64,000 nucleotides of DNA, taken from contig NMRA01000415.1 in the NCBI GenBank assembly GCA_002633005.1, positions 124,001 through 188,000 on the forward strand, given 5' to 3'. Under the pieces are notes generated by a model, which saw only the letters and a list, made by a program, of their open reading frames with translations, searched no databases and was not told the origin of the DNA. Positions 61,680-64,000 of the stretch are shown here, one piece after another (the stretch's first letter is position 1; every line of letters starts with the position of its first letter). The stretch comes from Phoronis australis. Its lineage: Eukaryota > Animalia > Phoronida. The translations under genes were made by a program, and so were the position numbers.

Positions 61680-64000
61680 ACCATTGTTTGATGAGGAGTA
61701 ATATTTGAGTGGTCTTTCCAGGATGTCACTATTATTGTCTGAGACAGTAAATTAAACCTTCTGTTGCTACTGATCCAGGAAGCTTGGAAAAAACATAAAA
61801 TCCCACTTTCGTGGTGAGTTAGTGAAACAATTCTAATTCCCAAGGACACAAATCTTAAAGACCCATCCCTGTTTTGTCCAATCACGTTAACTAACACAGT
61901 AGGGAAAATCTTCTTCACTATAATCGCGCATAGACTAATTAAGTTCCTTTGTTCCAACGGTTTCATAAATACATCAATACAAAAAGGATTTATGGAAAAA
62001 GAAGCAGGGTGTCTAGAACATACAGAGACTCTTTCCAGTGTACTAAATGATGCAAAGAAAAGAAATAAACCACTTTTTGTTGCTTGGATTGACCTGGCTA
62101 ACACTTATGGTTCAGTATACCACAACCTCACACAGTTCACACTTGACAGGTATCATCTACCAGAGGCGATCTAACAAATAATCTACACGTACTACGATGA
62201 ATTATTTGTGCGAATACGAACTAAAGAGCGGACAACCAACTGGATACGTTACAGTATTGGCTTATTTCAGGGATGCTCTTTGTCTGTTGTACTATTCCTC
62301 GCAGCCTTCAACATGGGCCTAGAGATGATCGACAAAGAGAAACAAAATGGTTACAAACTTAAATTTACCAAGCAAACATTCCACCAATTAGTGTATGCTG
62401 ACAACCTCACTATTATTCCTCAAATGTCAATCCAGAATACAAAAATGCCCTACGTCCAATAAGAACCAATGAAATTCCTTGGGAAAACGGTATTCAAAAA
62501 TCTACAAGACATGGAAATCAGGAATAAACTTGAGACAAAATTAAAAATTTTGCTGGAAATTTTAGACAAAGACAGCACTAACGGTCCAACTAAAGCATGG
62601 ATCTACAACAATGGTGTGGTTCCAAGGATTACTTGGAATTCACAGTGTATGACTTCCCAGTGAGTTTCGCTAAAAAACTTGAACATATATGCACAAAATA
62701 TCTGAAACAATGGCTTGGAATCAGTAAAATGTCAACTAACACAGTTCTCTGCAGATCCAAAGAGCTGATCTTGGTTTAGGCATGACACCGTAGCCTAAGA
62801 ACCCATCTAAAGAAGATTCAAGTGGTCAAGTTTCACATCAGCAAATATGCAAACGACCCTGAATCGAGGAAACTTTATATGGGTAAAGTTAAACAATTTT
62901 TCACGTCAAAACGGTGGAATGGCATAATGGAACTTGAAAATAGAGAAATGGATATAGTTCTGAATGAAATTTGTAATTTGAGAAGTCGTAATGACAGGAA
63001 AGGTTTGGGCTATTACACCAATAATAGGAAATTCATCAAGAACATGACAACTAAAGAACATAGAGCATCTATAACGGAACGTATAAAGGAAGTCGACGAA
63101 AATAAAGTACTCTGACTTATATCTGTATAGCTGTGCCAAATAAGGGTTATGGCTCAGATGGAATGTAGTTATGTCACTTGATGTATCTTGGAGCAAGAGT
63201 CTTATGCATGGAATCCATCTCTCTTGGCATTTAGGTTAAATGGCATACACGATGTACTTCCAACACCAGCAAATTTACATTTATGGAAACAATCGCCTTC
63301 TGAACGTTGCAACCTCTGCAGAACAGCTAAAGGCACACTTCACCACATCCTCAACAATTGCACAGTAGCATTAAATAATGGTCGCTACACTTGGCGACAA
63401 GACCAAGTCCTAGCAATAATATTTGATGCTATCAATGAAGTAGTTCAAAACCCTCCGAAGCCTGTAACTGAAACAGCAGATTTAAGTCAAAGAACGGTTT
63501 GTACTTCGGCAATAACAGAACAGAGCCGAAATTCAGAGAACAGGCCCACTTCCTGGCCAAGACCAACAATTGGAAACTAATTAAAGATTGTACAGAAATG
63601 CCTCTTATATTCCCATCTGAAATAACAGATTTGGCATTAAGACCTGACACTGTGCTGTGGTCGATTCAGGCAAAAAGAGCAATTTAAAGAACTTACAATA
63701 CCAGCAGAAGACAATATAGAATCAGCACACCTGAGAAGAATGAAATACACAAATCTCGTCGAAGAATATGAAAATGCATGATGGGAAACAGTCCTGTTCC
63801 CAGTTGAAGTTGGCAGTGGAGGCTTCATTTACAAATCATTAAAAGAAGCTAATGAATTTCCTCGAGGTCCCCAAAGAAATCAAAAAAACAAACATACCAA
63901 ACGGACTCTCAGACAGCTCTCAGATGTAGCTATACGATATATTTATCAAGAAACAACATCCAATTTACGGAATGGCAACTCTCCAACCTTTCTAAGCCAG
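61680..64000 (+). pseudogene. Decayed non-LTR retrotransposon with RT, CCHC finger and restriction-like endonuclease (HERO/R2-group-like), in a PPT2 intron
   Basis: IQKGF...GCLEH, WIDLANTYGSV, GLFQGCSLS, YADNL, CNLC...TLHHILNNC...GRYTWRQDQVL, RPDTVLWS; many stops and frameshifts. Confidence 0.88.

Overview
AT-rich, intron-containing animal genomic DNA, probably a marine invertebrate (a mollusc or other lophotrochozoan is my inference). It is not prokaryotic, and most short ORFs in the track are noise. Host genes: (1) a divergent multi-exon STAT on the minus strand (~5.1-27.2 kb; 12 exons traced by hand with GT-AG sites); (2) RBM18 on the plus strand (33.9-36.0 kb); (3) an intronless secreted coiled-coil + CTHRC1-C-terminal-domain gene (41.05-41.8 kb); (4) the 5' half of a PPT2-like thioesterase with two paralogous first coding exons (54.7-61.5 kb). 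Mobile DNA: an apparently intact two-gene P/THAP9-like element (45.9-53.2 kb) whose transposase lacks the usual C-terminal YIAGY/GGL-PS region, while a convergent spliced C2H2-finger gene carries it; a 519-bp TRIM with a tRNA-like Pol III promoter in its LTRs; a 670-bp foldback; MITEs; Helitron-like modular repeats; and decayed L1/Tx1 and HERO-like retrotransposons. Two duplications begin exactly at Ns and look like two haplotypes (with and without an insertion) scaffolded in tandem. All homology calls come from motif recognition by eye; no searches were run.
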